A DNA stretch of 64,000 nucleotides from assembly GCF_009914755.1 (NCBI RefSeq), contig NC_060948.1; one strand, given 5' to 3'. Position numbers and translations under genes: made by a program. Origin of the DNA: the human T2T-CHM13v2.0 reference genome, Homo sapiens. The notes below the pieces were generated by a model. That model was given only the letters and a program-made list of their open reading frames with translations, made no database searches and was not told the DNA's origin. The first letter of the stretch is position 1; every line of letters begins with the position of its first letter. This document shows, in pieces, positions 36,844-52,200 of the stretch.

Positions 36844-38940
36844 AGATCCATATTTTTTAAATGAAAAAAAATTTCAAAGGTACTCTGCTTGGTACAGTAA
36901 TCAAATCTATAAACTGAGGAATAAAACATAACCGTGAAACATACTTATAACTGCATATGGAAAATACAGAGTATAATTTTTTAAAATAACATATTTTGAA
37001 AGCCTTAACTAGTAATTTGAAGGGTTTGCATTTGAAAGGCCAGTATGAATATACCTTCAAAGCAGCAACACAGGTTCCAAATGAGAACAATCAAACTCAG
37101 GGAAAATAAAACCACAAATGTTCACTCTGTTCTGACCTTTGAAAAACACAGCACAGACAGTGGCACTTAGGACCAAGAGCAGGAGATCCCTAATCCCGTC
37201 ACCATGGCGATAGGGCATAAACATTGCGGGGTGAGGGCACAATGCACATTGTGAGGTCCAATTGCTGCCAGGAAGACAGGAGTGCTTTTACATAGACCGA
37301 AAGGTCATTGAAGGCTCAGATTTTCGTTTCAAAAACTGAATCCCAAGCCCACACGTTATTATGCTGCACTTCTTAAAACAAGTTATGAGAAGGGAAATAG
37401 GGCACTCACAACATACGTATATAGTATGTATATAATAATATACACTATCATATATATAATATATATAACCTATGTATAATATTGTTTTACATCCTGCATC
37501 TTATATTATATATATTATATGTAATATAATAATTGATAATATATAAGTTTATATTTATACAATATGACATATAATATATATTATATTTTATGACATATAT
37601 AATATAGATTATATATCATATATAGAATATACTATACGGTTAATATACGTATTAAATATATAATATACATTATATATATTATATCTACGTTATATATAAC
37701 ATTAACTATAGATAATATATATATTATATCTAGCTTATATATAATATAAAATAACAGATAATTATATATAATTGTATATATAAAATATGACATATAATAT
37801 ATATTATATTTTATGACATATATATCATATATATTATATATTATATATAATATGTTGTATGTATAATACATATATTATATATATATTATAAGTCTAAATT
37901 ATTAATTATATGCAATATATGTTATATATTACATATTTTACATTTCATACACATGTTACATACAATATATACTATGTTACATGTTACCTAGAATTTATTA
38001 TATATAATATAATGTATGTCATATATTATATATACTTTATAGTATGCAATATGTGGAATGTGATATATATAACATGTAATATATGATATATGATATACGA
38101 TATATGATATATAATATACAATATATGATACATTTTATATATGGTATACAATATATATTTTATGATATATATCATATATGTTTTATATTATATTATACAT
38201 AACCATTTAATTATATATAACTCTATAATATTGTAGGTAAATATATAATATAATACATATAACCATATATTATGTTATTTATAATTTTATTACGTACATT
38301 CAATAATATATCATAATATAATATATATTATATTATATTATTTTATATTACATAATATATATTATATATCACATAGTATGTGTTACATACATAATATTTA
38401 AATATATATTATATTATGATATATTAAATATTATATATATTATGTATGCTATACTGTATAATATATATTATATATTATATATTATGCAGGGTGTCTATTA
38501 TATGATATATATTATAATATATATAATTATATTATACATATAACGATATAAATATGTAATTATATTTAACATTATTTATATTACATATAGTTATATAATC
38601 ATATATAATAATTTATATTATAAAAATAATTATATCATTATATAAATTATAGTATATATAAATTATAATATGTGATAAATAATATATATTATATATCATA
38701 TATGATATAGCATATATGTTATATATCATATTATATATCAATTTACGTTATGATATCTATAATTATATATTTTCATATATAAGATGTATAATATGAATTA
38801 TATATTATATATGTTATTAAATATATACTTTATATAAAATGACACAGGATAAATGTTATATATTATGACATATGATATATATGCGGTTATATATTATATA
38901 TGAAGCATATTACATAACATATAATATATATCATATATAA

Positions 38941-39232
<292 letters not shown>

Positions 39233-40704
39233 AGATCCATATTTTTTAAATGAAAAAAAATTTCAAAGTTATTCTGCTTGGTACAATAATCAAATATATA
39301 AACTGAGGGTTAAAACATAACCTTGGAACATATTTATAAGTGCATATGGATAATACAGAGGATAATTTTTTAAATAACATATTTTGAAAGCATTAACTGG
39401 TAATTTGAAGAGTTGGCATTTGAAAGGCCAGTATGAATATACCTTCAAAGCAGCAACACAGGTTCCCCATGAGAAAAATCAAACTTAGGGAAAATAAAAC
39501 CACAAAGGTTCAATCTTTTCTGACCTTTGAAAGACACAGCACAGACAGTGGTCCTTAGGACGAAGAGCAGGAGACCCCTAATTCCGTCACCATGGCGATA
39601 GGGCATAAACATTGCTGGGTGAGGGCACAATCCACATTGTGAGGTCCAACTGCTGCCAGGAAGACAGGAGTGCTTTTACATAGACCCAAAGGTCATTGAA
39701 GGCTCAGTGTTTTGTTTCAAAAACTGAATCCCAAGCCCACACGTTATTATGCTGTGCTTCTTAAAAAAAGTTATGAGATGGGAAATAGGGCACCCACAAT
39801 TATATCTATACATTATGTATATAATAATATATAGAATCATATATATAATATATGTAACATATATATATAATACTGTTTTACATCCTGCAGTTATATTATA
39901 TATATTATATGTATTATAATAACTGGTAATGTATAAGTATTATATTTATACACTGTGACATATAATAATTATATTTTATGCCGTATATAATATATATTAT
40001 ATATCATATACCAAATATATTATATGGTTAATATACGTATTAAATATATAATATACATTATAAATATTATATCTACGTTATATATAACATTCACTATAGT
40101 TAATATATATATTATATCTAGCTTATATATAATATAAAATAACATGTAATAATATATAACTGTATATATAAAATATGACATATAATATATATTATATTTT
40201 ATGACATATATATGATATGTATTATATATTATATATAATATGTTGTAAGTATAATACATGTATTAAATATATATTATATGTCTATGTTATTAATTATATG
40301 TAATATATGTTATATATTACATATTTGATATGGAATACACATGTTACATAGAATATATTCTATGTTACATATAACGTAGAATTTATTATGTGTAATATAA
40401 TGTATGGCATATATTATAAATTCCTTATAATATACAATATGTGGAATGTGATATATATAACTTGTAATATATGATATATGATATACAATATATGTTATAT
40501 AACATACAATATATGATACATAATATATATGGTATAGAATATATATTTTATGTTATATATTATATATGTTTTATATTTTATTATATATAAATATTTAAAA
40601 TTATATATAACTGTATAATGTTATACGTAAATATATAATATACTACATATAACCATATATTATGTTATATAAAATTTTATTACATACTTTCCATAATATA
40701 TCAT

Positions 40705-43468
40705 ATGGACTCCTTTGGAATGGTCTAGTATGCAATGCAATCGACTGGCAGGGAATTAAAAGGAATGCAATCGAATGGATTGCACAGGAATGCAATGGAC
40801 TCGAATAGATTGGAAACAGAATGCAAAGGAATGGAATGGAATAGTATGGAATGGAATGGAAAGGAATGGAGTGGAATAGACTAGAGTAGAATGGAATTTA
40901 CTCGAAAGCAATGGACTGGAATAGAACTTTCTTGAATGGGCTGGAATCAAACGGAATGGAATGCTGTGCAATCAAATAGAATGAAAGAGAATCAAATCCA
41001 ATCGAATGGATTGGAAAGGAATTGACTGAAATGGAATGGACTAGAATGGAAGGCAAAGGAATGGAATCTATAGGAATGGACTGTAATGGAATGGAATGGA
41101 AGGGATTGGAATGGAATCGAATGGAATGGACTGCAATAGAAAGGATTCGAATGGAATGAAAAAGAATTGAATGGAATAGAACAGAATGGAATCAAATCGA
41201 ATGAAATGGAATGAAATAGAAAGGATTCGAATGGAATGCAATCGAACGGAATGGAATCGAACGGAATGGAATAAAATGGAAGAAAACTGGCAAGAAATGG
41301 AATCGAAATGAATGGAGTGTTATGGAACGGACTCAAAAGGAATTGAATGTAATAGAATGGAGTGGAGTGGACTCGAATATAATGGACTGGAATGGAATGA
41401 AATCACATGGAATGGGAACGAATGGAATGGAATGGAAAGGAATGGAATCGAATGGAAAGGAATCGAATGGAAGGGAATGAAATTGAATCAACAGGAATGG
41501 AAGGGAATAGAATAGACGGTAATGGAATGGACTCGAATAGAATGGACACGAATGCTCAAATTGAATGGACTCGAATGGAATGGAAACGAAAGGAATGTCA
41601 TCGAATGTAATTGAATCGATTGGAATGAAATCGCATAGAATGGAGTGGAATCAAATGGAATTGAGTCGAAAGGAAAGGAAGCGAATGGACTGAAATGAAA
41701 TGGAATGGAATTGAATGGAAAGTAATGCAATGGAATAGAATGGAACGAAATTTCACGGAATGGAATCAAACTGAATGGAATCAAATCAATGGAATCAAAT
41801 CAAATGGAATGGAAAGGAATTGAATGGAGTAGATGGGATTGGATGGGATTGGAATGAAATGTACTGGAAAGAACTCGAATTTCATGAAACGGAATGGAAT
41901 GAATTGGAACGGAATGGACTCGAATGGAATGGAATGTCATGGAATGGCATCAAATGGAATGGCATCAAATGGAATGGAATCGAATGCAATGGAATGCTAT
42001 GGAATGGAATGGAATGCATTGGAATGGAATGTCCTCTAATGGAATGGATTCGAGTGGAATGGAATCGAATATAATGGAGTCGAATGAAATGGAATTGAAA
42101 GGAATGGGACCGAATACAATGGAATATACTGGAATGTAATGTAATGAACTCGAATGTAATTGACTGCAATGGAATGTACATGAATGGAATGTAATCGAAT
42201 GGAAAGTAATCCAATGGAATAGAATCTAATGCAATAAAATCGACTCAAATAGAATAGAATGTAATGGAATGGAGTGCAGTGCAATGGAATGGAATGGAAT
42301 GGAATGCAGTGGAATGGAATGGAATGGAATGCAATGGAATGGAATGTATTAGAATGTAATGAACATTAATGGAATGTACTCGAATGGATTCGACTGGAAT
42401 GGAATGTTCTGGAAGTTTATGGACTCCAATGGAATAGATTCGAAAGGAATGGAATCGAACGGAATGGAATCTAATGGAATGGAATTAAATGGAAATGAAT
42501 CAAATTGAGTAGCACGGAATTGAATTGAATGGAATAGAATGCAATGTAATCTAATGAAACAGAAAGGAAAGGAATGGAATGGAATGGAATGGGCTGGAAT
42601 GGAATGGAATCGAAACGAATGGAATGGAATCGAACTAAAGAGACTGGAATGGAATGCACTGGAATGGAAGGGAGTGTAATGGAAGGTTCTCGAAAAAAAT
42701 GGAATCGAATGGAATGGAATTGAATGGAACGGAATAGAGTCGAATGGAATTGAATGGAATGGAATGGACTAGAGTGAAATGGAATCGAACCACAAGGAAT
42801 GGAGAGGAATAGAATGGTCTCGAATTGAATGGAATCGTATGGAATGGCATCAAACGGAATGGAATGGACAGCCACGGAATGGAATGCACTCGAATGCAAT
42901 GGAGTCGAAACTAATGGACTGGAATAGAATGGACTCGACTGGTACGGACTCCAATGGAATGGAATCGAATGGAAGGGAATCGAACGGAATGGACTCGAAG
43001 GGAAAAGACTGCAATGGAAAGGTCTCGAATGGAATGGAAATTAATGGAATGGAATGGAATCGAATGAAATGGAGTCAAAAGGAATGGAATCGAATGGCAA
43101 GAAATCGAATGTAATGGAATCGCAAGGAATTGATGTGAATGGAGCGGAATGGAATGGAATCCAAAGGAATGGAATCGAATGGAAAGGACTCGAATGGAAA
43201 TCACTCGAATAGAATGCAATTTAATAAAATAGGATCAAATGTAATGCAATGGAATGGAAAGGAATCGAAACGAAAGGAATGGAGACAGATGGAATGGAAT
43301 GTAACAGAGAGCAATGGTATAGAATGGAATGGAATCATCTGGAATGGAATTGAATGGAATGCAATAACATGAAATGGAATGGAATGGAATGGAATGCCCT
43401 TGAATTAAATGGACTGGAATGGAATGGACTCGAACAGAGTGTAATGGAAAGTGTTGAAATAGAATGGA
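40705..43468 (+). repeat. Shortened first DYZ1 unit (~2.76 kb)
   Basis: Landmark spacing is 2764, versus 3513-3569 for later units. The segment carrying AGGCCT and GAATTC is absent. Confidence 0.9.
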
Positions 43469-43686
43469 ATGGACTCGTTTGGAATGGTCTAGTATGCAAT
43501 GCAATCGACTGGCAGGGAATCAAAAGGAATGTAATCGAATGGATTGGACTGGAATGCAATGGACTCGAATAGATTGGAAACGGAATGCAAAGGAATGGAA
43601 TGGAATAGTATGGAATGGAATGGAAAGGAATGGAGTGGAATAGACTAGAGTGGAATGGAATGGACTCAAAAGCAATGGACTGGAAT

Positions 43687-43701
43687 GGAACTTTCTTGAA
43701 T
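43687..43701. promoter_or_regulatory. Perfect heat-shock element nGAAnnTTCnnGAAn, type 1 (representative; in all 7 DYZ1 units)
   Basis: gGAAc tTTCt tGAAt matches the canonical three-pentamer HSF1 site. This is a motif match only; binding is not shown. Confidence 0.6.
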
Positions 43702-45929
43702 GGACTGGAATCAAACGGAATGGAATGCAATGCAATCAAATGGCATGGAATAAAATAGAATGAAAGAGAATCAAATGGAATTGAATGGAATGGAATCGAA
43801 TGGATTGGAAAGGAATAGAATGGAATGGAATGGAATTGACTCAAATGGAATGGACTAGAATGGAATGGATTCGAATGGAAGGCAAAGGAATGGAATCTAT
43901 TGGAATGGACTGTAATGGAATGGAATGGAAGGGATTGGAATGGACTCGAATGGAATGGACTGCAATAGAAAGGATTCGAATGGAATGAAAAAGAATTGAA
44001 TGGAATAGAACAGAATGGAATCAAATCGAATGAAATGGAATGGAATAGAAAGGAATGGAATGAAATGGAATGGAAAGGATTCGAATGGAATGCAATCGAA
44101 TGGAATGGAATCGAACGGAATGGAATAAAACGGAAGAAAACTGGCAAGAAATGGAATCGAAATGAATGGAGTGTTATGGAACGGACTCAAAAGGAATTGA
44201 ATGTAATAGAATTGAGTGAAGTGGACTCGAATATAATGGACTGGAATGGAATGAAATCACATGGAATGGGAACGAATGGAATGGAATGGAAAGGAATGGA
44301 ATCGAATGGAAAGGAATGGAATGGAAGGGAATGAAACTGAATCAACAGGAATGGAAGGGAGTAGAATAGACGGTAATGGAATGGACTCGAATAGAATGGA
44401 CACGAATGCACAAATTGAATGGACTCGAATGGAATGGAAACGAAAGGAATGTCATCGAATGGAATTGAATCGATTGGAATGAAATCGCATAGAATGGAGT
44501 GGAATCAAATGGAATTGAATCGAAAGGAAAGGAAGCGAATGGACTGAAATGGAATGGAATGGAATGGAAAGTAATGCAATGGAATAGAATGGAACGAAAT
44601 TTCACGGAATGGAATCAAACTGAATAGAATCAAATCAATGGAATATAATCAAATGGAATGGAAAGGAATTGAATGGAGTAGATTGGATTGGATGGGATTG
44701 GAATGAAATGTACTGGAAAGGACTCGAATTTCATGAAACGGAATGGAATGAATTAGAACGGAATGGACTCGAATGGAATGGAATGTCATGGAATTGCATC
44801 AAATGGAATGGCATCAAAGGGAATGGAATCGAATGCAATGGAATGCTATGGAATGGAATGGAATGCATTGGAATGGAATGTCCTCTAATGGAATGGATTC
44901 GAGTGGAATGGAATCGAATATAATGGAGTCGAATGAAATGGAATTGAAAGGAATGGGATCGAATACAATGGAATATACTGGAATGTAACGTAATGAACTC
45001 GAATGTAATTGACTGGAATGGAATGTACACGAATGGAATGTAATCGAATGGAAAGTAATCCAATGGAATAGAATCTAATGCAATAAAATCGACTCAAATA
45101 GAATAGAATGCAATGGAATGGAGTGCAGTGCAATGGAATGGAATGGAATGGAATGCAATGGAATGGAATGGAATGGAATGGAATGCAATGGGATGGAATG
45201 GTATGGAATGGATAGTAATGGACTGGAGTGAAATGGACTGGAAAGGAATGGACTCAAATTGAAAGGTCTCGAAAGGAATGGAGTCAAATGGAATGGTCTG
45301 GAATGGAATGAACACGAATGTAATGCAATCCAATAGAATGGAATCGAATGGCATGGAATATAAAGAAATGGAATCGAAGAGAATGGAAACAAATGGAATG
45401 GAATTGAATGGAATGGAATTGAATGGAATGGGAACGAATGGAGTGAAATTGTATGCAGTAGAAGAGAATAGAATGGAATGCAAGCGAAAGGAAAGGAATG
45501 GATTGGAATGGAATGGAATTCATTGGAATGGAAGGGAATGTAGTGTAATGGACAGGCCTGGAATAAAGTGGAATGCTACGGTCTCGAATGGAATAAAAAT
45601 GTATGGAATGGAATGCAATGAAACGGAATCGAATGTCATAGAATGTAATGGAATGCAAAAAAATGGAATCCAAAATCATTGACTGGAAAGGCTGGGTGTC
45701 GAAAGGAATTGACTCCAATGGAATGGAATCGAATGGAATGGAAGTGAATAGAATCGAACTAAATCGAATGGAATGGAATTGATAGGAACGGAATGGAAAG
45801 GAATGCAATGATTTGGCATGGAATGGAATCGAATGGCATCGAATGGAATGGAATGGAATGCAATGGAATGGAATGTATTAGAATGTAATGAACTTTAATG
45901 GAATGTACTCGAATGGATTCGACTGGAAT

Positions 45930-45944
45930 GGAATGTTCTGGAAG
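45930..45944. promoter_or_regulatory. Perfect heat-shock element, type 2 (representative; in all 7 DYZ1 units)
   Basis: gGAAt gTTCt gGAAg. Motif match only. Confidence 0.6.
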
Positions 45945-46209
45945 TGAATGGACTCCAATGGAATGGATTCGAAAGGAATGGAATCGTACGGAATGGAATC
46001 TAATGGAATGGAATTAAATGGAAATGAATCAAATTGAATAGCACGGAATTGAATTGAATGGAATGGAATGCAATGGAATCTAATGAAACGGAAAGGAAAG
46101 GAATGGAATGGAATGGAATGGGCTGGAATGGAAAGGAATCGAAACGAATGGAATGGAATCGAACTGAAGAGACTGGAATGGAATGCACTGGAATGGAAGG
46201 GAGTGTAAT

Positions 46210-46224
46210 GGAAGGTTCTCGAAA
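46210..46224. promoter_or_regulatory. Perfect heat-shock element, type 3 (representative; in all 7 DYZ1 units)
   Basis: gGAAg gTTCt cGAAa. Motif match only. Confidence 0.6.
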
Positions 46225-49200
46225 AAAATGGAATCGAATGGAATGGAATTGAATGGAACGGAATAGAGTCGAATGGAATTGAATGGAATGGAATGGACTA
46301 GAGTGAAATGGAATCGAACCACAAGGAATGGACAGGAATAGAATGGTCTCGAATTGAATGGAATCGTATGGAATGGCATCAAACGGAATGGAATGGACAG
46401 CCACGGAATGGAATGCACTCGAATGCAATGGAGTCGAAACTAATGGACTGGAATAGAATGGACTCGACTGGTACGGACTCCAATGGAATGGAATCGAATG
46501 CAAGGGAATCGAACGGAATGGACTCGAAGGGAAAAGACTGCAATGGAAAGGTCTCGAATGGAATGGAAATTAATGGAATGGATTGGAATCGAATGAAATG
46601 GAGTCAAAAGGAATGGAATCGAATGGCAAGAAATCAAATGTAATGGAATCGCAAGGAATTGATGTGAACGGAACGGAATGGAATGGAATCCAAAGGAATG
46701 GAATAGAATGGAATGGAATCGAATGGAAAGGACTCGAATGGAAATCACTCGAATAGAATGCAATTTAATAAAATAGGATCAAATGTAATGGAATGGAATG
46801 GAAAGGAATCGAAACGAAAGGAATGGAGACAGATGGAATGGAATGGAACAGAGAGCAATGGTATAGAATGGAATGGAATCATCTGGAATGGAATTGAATG
46901 GAATGGAATAACATGAAATGGAATGGAATGGAATGGAATGCCCTTGAATTAAATGGACTGGAATGGAATGGACTCGAACAGAGTGGAATGGAAAGTGTTG
47001 AAATATAATGGAATGGACTCCTTTGGAATGGTCTAGTGTGCAATGCAATCGACTGGCAGGGAATCAAAAGGAATGTAATCGAATGGATTGGACTGGAATG
47101 CAATGGATTCGAATAGATTGGAAACGGAATGCAAAGGAATGGAATGGAATAGTATGGAATGGAATGGAAAGTAATGGAGTGGAATAGACTAGAGTGGAAT
47201 GGAATGGACTGGAAAGCAATGGACTGGAATGGAACTTTCTTGAATGGAGTGGAATCAAACGGAATGGAATGCACTGCAATCAAATGGCATGGAATAAAAT
47301 AGAATGAAAGAGAATCAAACGGAATTGAATCGAATGGAATCGAATGGATTGGAAAGGAATAGAATGGAATGGAATGGAATTGACTCAAATGGAATGGACT
47401 AGAATGGAATGGATTCGAATGGAAGGCAAAGGAATGGAATCTATTGGAATGGACTGTAATGGAATGGAATGGAAGGGATTGGAATGGACTCGAATGGAAT
47501 GGACTGCAATAGAAAGGATTCGAATGGAATGAAAAAGAATTGAATGGAATAGAACAGAATGGAATCAAATCGAATGAAATTGAATGGAATAGTAAGGAAT
47601 GGAATGAAATGGAATGGAAAGGATTCGAATGGAATGCAATCGAATGGAATGCAATCGAATGGAATGGAATCGAACGGAATGGAATAAAATGGAAGAAAAC
47701 TGGCAAGAAATGGAATCGAAATGAATGGAGTGTTATGGAACGGACTCAAAAGGAATTGAATGTAATAGAATGGAGTGGAGTGGACTCGAATATAATGGAC
47801 TGGAATGGAATGAAATCACATGGAATGGGAACGAATGGAATGGAATGGAAAGGAATGGAATCGAATGGAAAGGAATCGAATGGAAGGGAATGAAATTGAA
47901 TCAACAGGAATGGAAGGGAATAGAATAGACGGTAATGGAATGGACTCGAATAGAATGGACACGAATGCTCACATTGAATGGACTCGAGTGGAATGGAAAC
48001 GAAACGAATGTCATCGAATGGAATTGAATCGATTGGAATGAAATCGCATAGAATGGACTGGAATCAAATGGAATTGAGTCGAAAGGAAAGGAAGCGAATG
48101 GACTGAAATGAAATGGAATGGAATTGAATGGAAAGTAATGCAATGGAATAGAATGGAACGAAATTTCACGGAATGGAATCAAACTGAATGGAATCAAATC
48201 AATGGAATATAATCAAATGGAATGGAAAGGAATTGAATGGAGTAGATGGGACTGGATGGGATTGGAATGAAATGTACTGGAAAGGACTCGAATTTCATGA
48301 AACGGAATGGAATGAATTGGAACGGAATGGACTCGATTGGAATGGAATGTCATGGAATGGCATCAAATGGAATGGAATCGAATGCAATGGAATGCTATGG
48401 AATGGAATGGAATGCATTGGAATGGAATGTCCTCTAATGGAATGGATTCGAGTGGAATGGAATCGAATATAATGGAGTCGAATGAAATGGAATTGAAAGG
48501 AATGGGATCGAATACAATGGAATATACTGGAATGTAACGTAATGAACTCGAATGTAATTGACTGGAATGGAATGTACATGAATGGAATGTAATCGAATGG
48601 AAAGTAATCCAATGGAATAGAATCTAATGCAATAAAATCGACTCAAATAGAATAGAATGGAATGGAATGGAGTGCAGTGCAATGGAATGGAAGGGAATGG
48701 AATGCAATGGAATGGAATGTAATGGAATGGAATGGAATGGGATGGAATGGTATGGAATGGATAGTAATGGACTGGAGTGAAATGGACTGGAAAGGAATGG
48801 ACTCAAATTGAAAGGGCTCGAAAGGAATGCAGTCAAATGGAATGATCTGGAATGGAATGAACACGAATGTAATGCAATCCAATAGAATGGAATCGAATGG
48901 CATGGAATATAAAGAAATGGAATCGAAGAGAATGGAAACAAATGGAATGGAATTGAATGGAATGGAATTGAATGGAATGAGAATGAATGGAGTGAAATTG
49001 TATGCAGTAGAAGAGAATAGAATGGAATGCAAGCGAAAGGAAAGGAATGGATTGGAATGGAATGGAATTCATTGGAATGGAAGGGAATGTAGTGTAATGG
49101 ACAGGCCTGGAATAAAGTGGAATGCTACGGTCTCGAATGGAATAAAAATGTATGGAATGGAATGCAATGAAACGGAATCGAATGTCATAGAATGTAATGG

Positions 49201-52200
49201 AATGCAAAAAAATGGAATCCAAAATCATTGACTGGAAAGGCTGGGTGTCGAAAGGAATTGACTCCAATGGAATGGAATCGAATGGAATGGAAGTGAATAG
49301 AATCGAACTAAATCGAATGGAATGGAATTGATAGGAACGGAATGGAAAGGAATGCAATGATTTGGCATGGAATGGAATCGAATGGCATCGAATGGAATGG
49401 AATGGAATGCAATGGAATGGAATGTATTAGAATGTAATGAACTTTAATGGAATGTACTCGAATGGATTCGACTGGAATGGAATGTTCTGGAAGTGAATGG
49501 ACTCCAATGGAATGGATTCGAAAGGAATGGAATCGTACGGAATGGAATCTAATGGAATGGAATTAAATGGAAATGAATCAAATTGAATAGCACGGAACTG
49601 AATTGAATGGAATCGAATGCAATGGAATCTAATGAAACGGAAAGGAAAGGAATGGAATGGAATGGAATGGGCTGGAATGGAATGGAATCGAACTGAAGAG
49701 ACTGGAATGGAATGCACTGGAATGGAAGGGAGTGTAATGGAAGGTTCTCGAAAAAAATGGAATCGAATGGAATGGAATTGAATGGAACGGAATAGAGTCG
49801 AATGGAATTGAATGGAATGGAATGGACTAGAGTGAAATGGAATCGAACCACAAGGAATGGACAGGAATAGAATGGTCTCGAATTGAATGGAATCGTATGG
49901 AATGGCATCAAACGGAATGGAATGGACAGCCACGGAATGGAATGCACTCGAATGCAATGGAGTCGAAACTAATGGACTGGAATAGAATGGACTCGACTGG
50001 TACGGACTCCAATGGAATGGAATCGAATGGAAGGGAATCGAACGGAATGGACTCGAAGGCAAAAGACTGCAATGGAAAGGTGTCGAATGGAATGGAAATT
50101 AATGGAATGGAATGGAATCGAATGAAATGGAGTCAAAAGGAATGGAATCGAATGGCAAGAAATCGAATGTAATGGAATCGCAAGGAATTGATGTGAACGG
50201 AACGGAATGGAATGGAATCCAAAGGAATGGAATAGAATGGAATGGAATCGAATGGAAAGGACTCGAATGGAAATCACTCGAATAGAATGCAATTTAATAA
50301 AATAGGATCAAATGTAATGGAATGGAATGGAAAGGAATCGAAACGAAAGGAATGGAGACAGATGGAATGGAATGGAACAGAGAGCAATGGTATAGAATGG
50401 AATGGAATCATCTGGAATGGAATTGAATGGAATGGAATAACATGAAATGGAATGGAATGGAATGGAATGCCTTTGAATTAAATGGACTGGAATGGAATGG
50501 TCTCGAACAGAGTGGAATGGAAAGTGTTGGAATAGAATGGAATGGACTCGTTTGGAATGGTGTAGTATGCAATGCAATCGACTGGCAGGGAATCAAAAGG
50601 AATGTAATCGAATGGATTGGACTGGAATGCAATGGACTCGAATAGATTGGAAACGGAATGCAAAGGAATGGAATGGAATAGTATGGAATGGAATGGAAAG
50701 GAATGGAGTGGAATAGACTACAGTGGAATGGAATGGACTGGAAAGCAATGGACTGGAATGGAACTTTCTTGAATGGACTGGAATCAAACGGAATGGAATG
50801 CAATGCAATCAAATGGCATGGAATAAAATAGAATGAAAGAGAATCAAATGGAATTGAATCGAATGGAATCGAATGGATTGGAAAGGAATAGAATGGAATG
50901 GAATGGAATTGACTCAAATGGAATGGACTAGAATGGAATGGATTCGAATGGAAGGCAAAGGAATGGAATCTATTGGAACGGACTGTAATGGAATGGAATG
51001 GAAGGGATTGGAATGGACTCGAATGGAATGGACTGCAATAGAAAGGATTCGAATGGAATGAAAAAGAATTGAATGGAATAGAACAGAATGGAATCAAATC
51101 GAATGAAATGGAATGGAATAGAAAGGAATGGAATGAAATGGAATGGAAAGGATTCGAATGGAATGCAATCGAATGGAATGGAATCGAACGGAATGGAATA
51201 AAATGGAAGAAAACTGGCAAGAAATGGAATCGAAATGAATGGAGTGTTATGGATCGGACTCAAAAGGAATTGAATGTAATAGAATGGAGTGGAGTGGACT
51301 CGAATATAATGGACTGGAATGGAATGAAATCACATGGAATGGGAACGAATGGAATGGAATGGAAAGGAATGGAATCGAATGGAAAGGAATCGAATGGAAG
51401 GGAATGAAATTGAATCAACAGGAATGGAAGGGAGTAGAATAGACGGTAATGGAATGGACTCGAATAGAATGGACACGAATGCTCAAATTGAATGGACTCG
51501 AATGGAATGGAAACGAAAGGAATGTCATCGAATGGAATTGAATCGGTTGGAATGAAATCGCATAGAATGGAGTGGAATCAAATGGAATTGAATCGAAAGG
51601 AAAGGAAGCGAATGGACTGAAATGAAATGGAATGGAATTGAATGGAAAGTAATGCAATGGAATAGAATGGAACGAAATTTCACGGAATGGAATCAAACTG
51701 AATGGAATCAAATCAATGGAATATAATCAAATGGAATGGAAAGGAATTGAATGGAGTAGATTGGGTTGGATGGGATTGGAATTAAATGGAATGGAAAGGA
51801 CTCGAATTTCATGAAACGGAATGGAATGAATTGGAACGGAATGGACTCGAATGGAATGGAATGACATGGAATGGCAAGAAATGGAATGGCATCAAAGGGA
51901 ATGGAATCGAATGCAATGGAATGCTATGGAATGGAATGGAATGCATTGGAATGGAATGTCCTCTAATGGAATGGATTCGAGTGGAATGGAATCTAATATA
52001 ATGGAGTCGAATGAAATGGAATTGAAAGGAATGGGATCGAATACAATGGAATATACTGGAATGTAATGTAAAGAACTCGAATGTAATTGAATGGAAAGGA
52101 ATGTACATGAATGGAATGTAATCGAATGGAAAGTAATCCAATGGAATAGTATCTAATGTAATAAAATCGACTCAGATAGAGTAGAATGTAATGGAATGGA

